Below are positions 18,250 to 20,000 of a DNA stretch of 20,000 nt, in pieces. A program made the translations under genes and the position numbers. This stretch comes from Desulfonatronovibrionaceae bacterium (GTDB lineage: Bacteria; Desulfobacterota; Desulfovibrionia; Desulfovibrionales; Desulfonatronovibrionaceae). The number at the start of each line of letters is the position of its first letter. Positions within the stretch are counted from its first letter, which is position 1. The stretch covers positions 50,459 to 70,458 of the forward strand of contig JBKHGE010000008.1 of the NCBI GenBank assembly GCA_046539845.1, written 5' to 3'. The notes beneath the pieces are model-generated. The model had not been told where the DNA came from, ran no database searches, and saw nothing but the letters and a program-made list of their open reading frames with translations.

Positions 18250-18656
18250 TCGGTCTGGATACCAATGTGCTGGTCCGCTATCTAACCCAGGATCATGCCA
18301 AGCAGTCCGTGCAGGCCAACCATTTGATCGAGTCGTGTTGTACAAGGGAATCTCCGGCAATGATTGCCACAGTTGTTCTCTGTGAGTTGGTATGGGTTTT
18401 GCGCGGAGCCTATAAATACGAAAAACACTGGGTGATCAGGGTCCTTGAGCAGATTCTTTGCACAGAAGAGTTTTTCATCGAAGACCCGCATACCGCCGGA
18501 TCTGCACTTGCCGCCTATCGGCGGGGACCAGCCGATTTTTCAGACTATGTCATTATTTGCAAAAATCGTTCAAGCGGATGCCAAACGACCTACACCTTTG
18601 ACCGCAAGCTTGCCAGACATAAGCGGGCGTGCCTCCCTGGTTTGACTGAAAAATAG
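18246..18656 (+). CDS. vapC: PIN-domain (VapC-family) toxin
   Basis: MIGLDTNVLVRY, LCELVWVL, ADFSD and TFD supply the conserved acidic residues; ATGA overlap with the antitoxin. Confidence 0.92.
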   Translation: MIGLDTNVLVRYLTQDHAKQSVQANHLIESCCTRESPAMIATVVLCELVWVLRGAYKYEKHWVIRVLEQILCTEEFFIEDPHTAGSALAAYRRGPADFSDYVIICKNRSSGCQTTYTFDRKLARHKRACLPGLTEK

Positions 18657-18781
18657 GTTGTTGAAGATGTGAGAACACACACTGAATTATTTACACCGAA
18701 CTGCAGTCCGGAGGGAGTCCTGAGCGGTGTTCCAGAAACGTAATTGTGTCAGCCGAAGCGACATCTTCCCTGACACATGGG

Positions 18782-18835
18782 GATACTGACGTATTAATTG
18801 ATTTTTTGCGTGGTAAGGATAAAGCTCTTACTTTT
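18782..18835 (+). pseudogene. N-terminal fragment of a second PIN/VapC toxin
   Basis: Translates as DTDVLIDFLRGKDKALTF, a typical VapC beta1/alpha1 motif; no in-frame start codon; AT-rich. Confidence 0.55.
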
Positions 18836-19325
18836 AATGATCCTCCAGCCATTTATACATTATTAGTGCGTCAATATACCCTTTTTGCGGATGGTTAAAG
18901 GCCTTGGGCAGTCTGCCCACGATCTTGAAGCCGAGCCTGGTCCACAGATGCACGGCCAGTTCATTGCTCGCGGCTACAAAATTGAACTGCATGGCCTTGT
19001 ATCCCAGCTCAAGGGCGATTTTCTGGGAATGCTCGCACATGATCGCTCCCACTCCCTTGCCCCTTGCCTTTGCCGGGACCATGTATCCGCAGTTGCAGAC
19101 GTGACTGCCCGGACCGGCATGGTTGGTCTTTATATAATATGCCCCAGTGATCCCGTCCCAGTCCTCGGCCACAAAGGTCTTTACCGGCACGTGCATCCAC
19201 AGTCTTTGTGCCTCCTGTTTGGATATGTCCCGCGGATATGCGCAGGTGTCACCGGCGGAGGCTATGGGCTGGAAAAAGGGCCAGATTCTATCAAAGTCGT
19301 TTGCTGCGGCTTCCCGTATGTTCAA
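18834..19325 (-). CDS. GNAT-family N-acetyltransferase (Mpr1-like)
   Basis: YYIKTNHAGPGSHVCNCGYMV, acetyl-CoA motif ARGKGVG and GYKAMQFNFVAASN; TTG start. Confidence 0.88.
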   Translation of the reverse strand: MNIREAAANDFDRIWPFFQPIASAGDTCAYPRDISKQEAQRLWMHVPVKTFVAEDWDGITGAYYIKTNHAGPGSHVCNCGYMVPAKARGKGVGAIMCEHSQKIALELGYKAMQFNFVAASNELAVHLWTRLGFKIVGRLPKAFNHPQKGYIDALIMYKWLEDH

Positions 19326-19367
19326 ATCCGCTTCCCTTGATGGCGTAGGCTGCGGGTTTTCATCCCT

Positions 19368-19841
19368 TTACTTGTCTTCTTGGGAGTCAAACTCCGATAT
19401 GGATTTTTTCCAGGCTTGGTTCAGGCCGGAATACGCATCCGAGAAGCCCTGTTTTATATGCTCCCAGGCGTCAGCGGAGCTGTTTTTAAGGCTTTCATGC
19501 CACTGCGCCACCTGGGAGCGCTTTTTCTTCAGGGTTTTCAGGCTGGAGCGGGCCTTGTCCCGGGCGTTTTTATCCATTTTATCCCAGTTTTTTTCAATAC
19601 TCGACTCCAGGGCGTCAATGCGTTTGTCCATTTTGTCCAGGGCCTCCTGGGATTCCTGGATGGCCTGGTCTCGCTGATCCACGGAGTAGGATTTAAGCGC
19701 CCGGAGTAGATCCTTTGTTTCCTTTTTGACTTTGTCCACAGAGGAGTTGTCCTCCGAACTTTGGGCATGGGCCGCTAAAGAGCTCCCGAGAAGGCCCAGA
19801 AAAAGTACTGCACACAAGCAGGCTTTTATTATTTTTACGAT
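19368..19841 (-). CDS. Secreted alpha-helical/coiled-coil hypothetical protein (start uncertain: ATC 19841 or TTG 19817)
   Basis: Hydrophobic signal ending AHA|Q, then a charged helical body ending DAWEHIKQGFSDAY..L..AW; AAAGGAG RBS 5 nt upstream of the in-frame ATC. Confidence 0.75.
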   Translation of the reverse strand: MVKIIKACLCAVLFLGLLGSSLAAHAQSSEDNSSVDKVKKETKDLLRALKSYSVDQRDQAIQESQEALDKMDKRIDALESSIEKNWDKMDKNARDKARSSLKTLKKKRSQVAQWHESLKNSSADAWEHIKQGFSDAYSGLNQAWKKSISEFDSQEDK

Positions 19842-19925
19842 GTGTACTCCTTTTTGTTACTGAACCGGACCAAAAGTTGGCCCTTGCAAGCGGGCTTTTC
19901 CCGGTCCGCCGGGTTGGCCGGCTGC

Positions 19926-20000
19926 TTACTTGAACCTGGATTTGGCTGACTGCAATGCCTTGCCCAGGGCGTCTTTTGCCTCTTCAATCCCGGACTTTAG
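19926..20000 (-). CDS. 3' end of a small helical protein (resembles the sll1863-like coiled-coil family); truncated by window edge
   Basis: Minus frame from 20000 reads LKSGIEEAKDALGKALQSAKSRFK-TAA; the family call is from memory only. Confidence 0.6.
   Translation of the reverse strand, partial: LKSGIEEAKDALGKALQSAKSRFK

Noticed and set aside
16915..20000. attL/attR duplication of the tRNA 3' end, or an adjacent integrase
   Set aside because: No second copy of the tRNA 3' end and no recombinase ORF seen within the window.
1..20000. CRISPR array, attC cassette array or tandem repeats
   Set aside because: No regularly spaced direct repeats were found by eye, and the hairpins lack RYYYAAC/GTTRRRY attC ends.

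Overview
Chromosomal window from a GC-rich deltaproteobacterium; the gene order and protein styles suggest Desulfovibrionales (inference). Bases 1-16.9 kb are core genome: aroQ (5'-partial), efp, pyrG, kdsA, kdsC, lptC, lptA, lptB, rpoN, hpf, ptsN, rapZ and mannose-class PTS IIA/IIB/IIC, then a convergent M16C (PreP/Cym1-like) peptidase, then pgk-tpiA-secG-tRNA-Leu(GAG). After the tRNA (17.0-20.0 kb) the window becomes a patchwork of small accessory genes and gene debris with no integrase: a 67-aa orphan, a cupin, an AbrB/VapC toxin-antitoxin operon with a clear operator palindrome, a Mpr1-like GNAT and two related helical proteins. Four things are missed by the ORF track. (1) A 147-bp mini-element bounded by 26-bp inverted repeats (GGGGTCAA...TTGACCCC) holds the N- and probable C-terminus of an internally deleted HUH/Y1 (RAYT-like) transposase. 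(2) An 18-codon remnant of a second VapC sits behind a hairpin. (3) A secreted protein probably starts at a non-canonical ATC codon. (4) A partial gene at the right edge shares a C-terminal motif with that secreted protein. All family assignments are by motif recognition; no searches were run.
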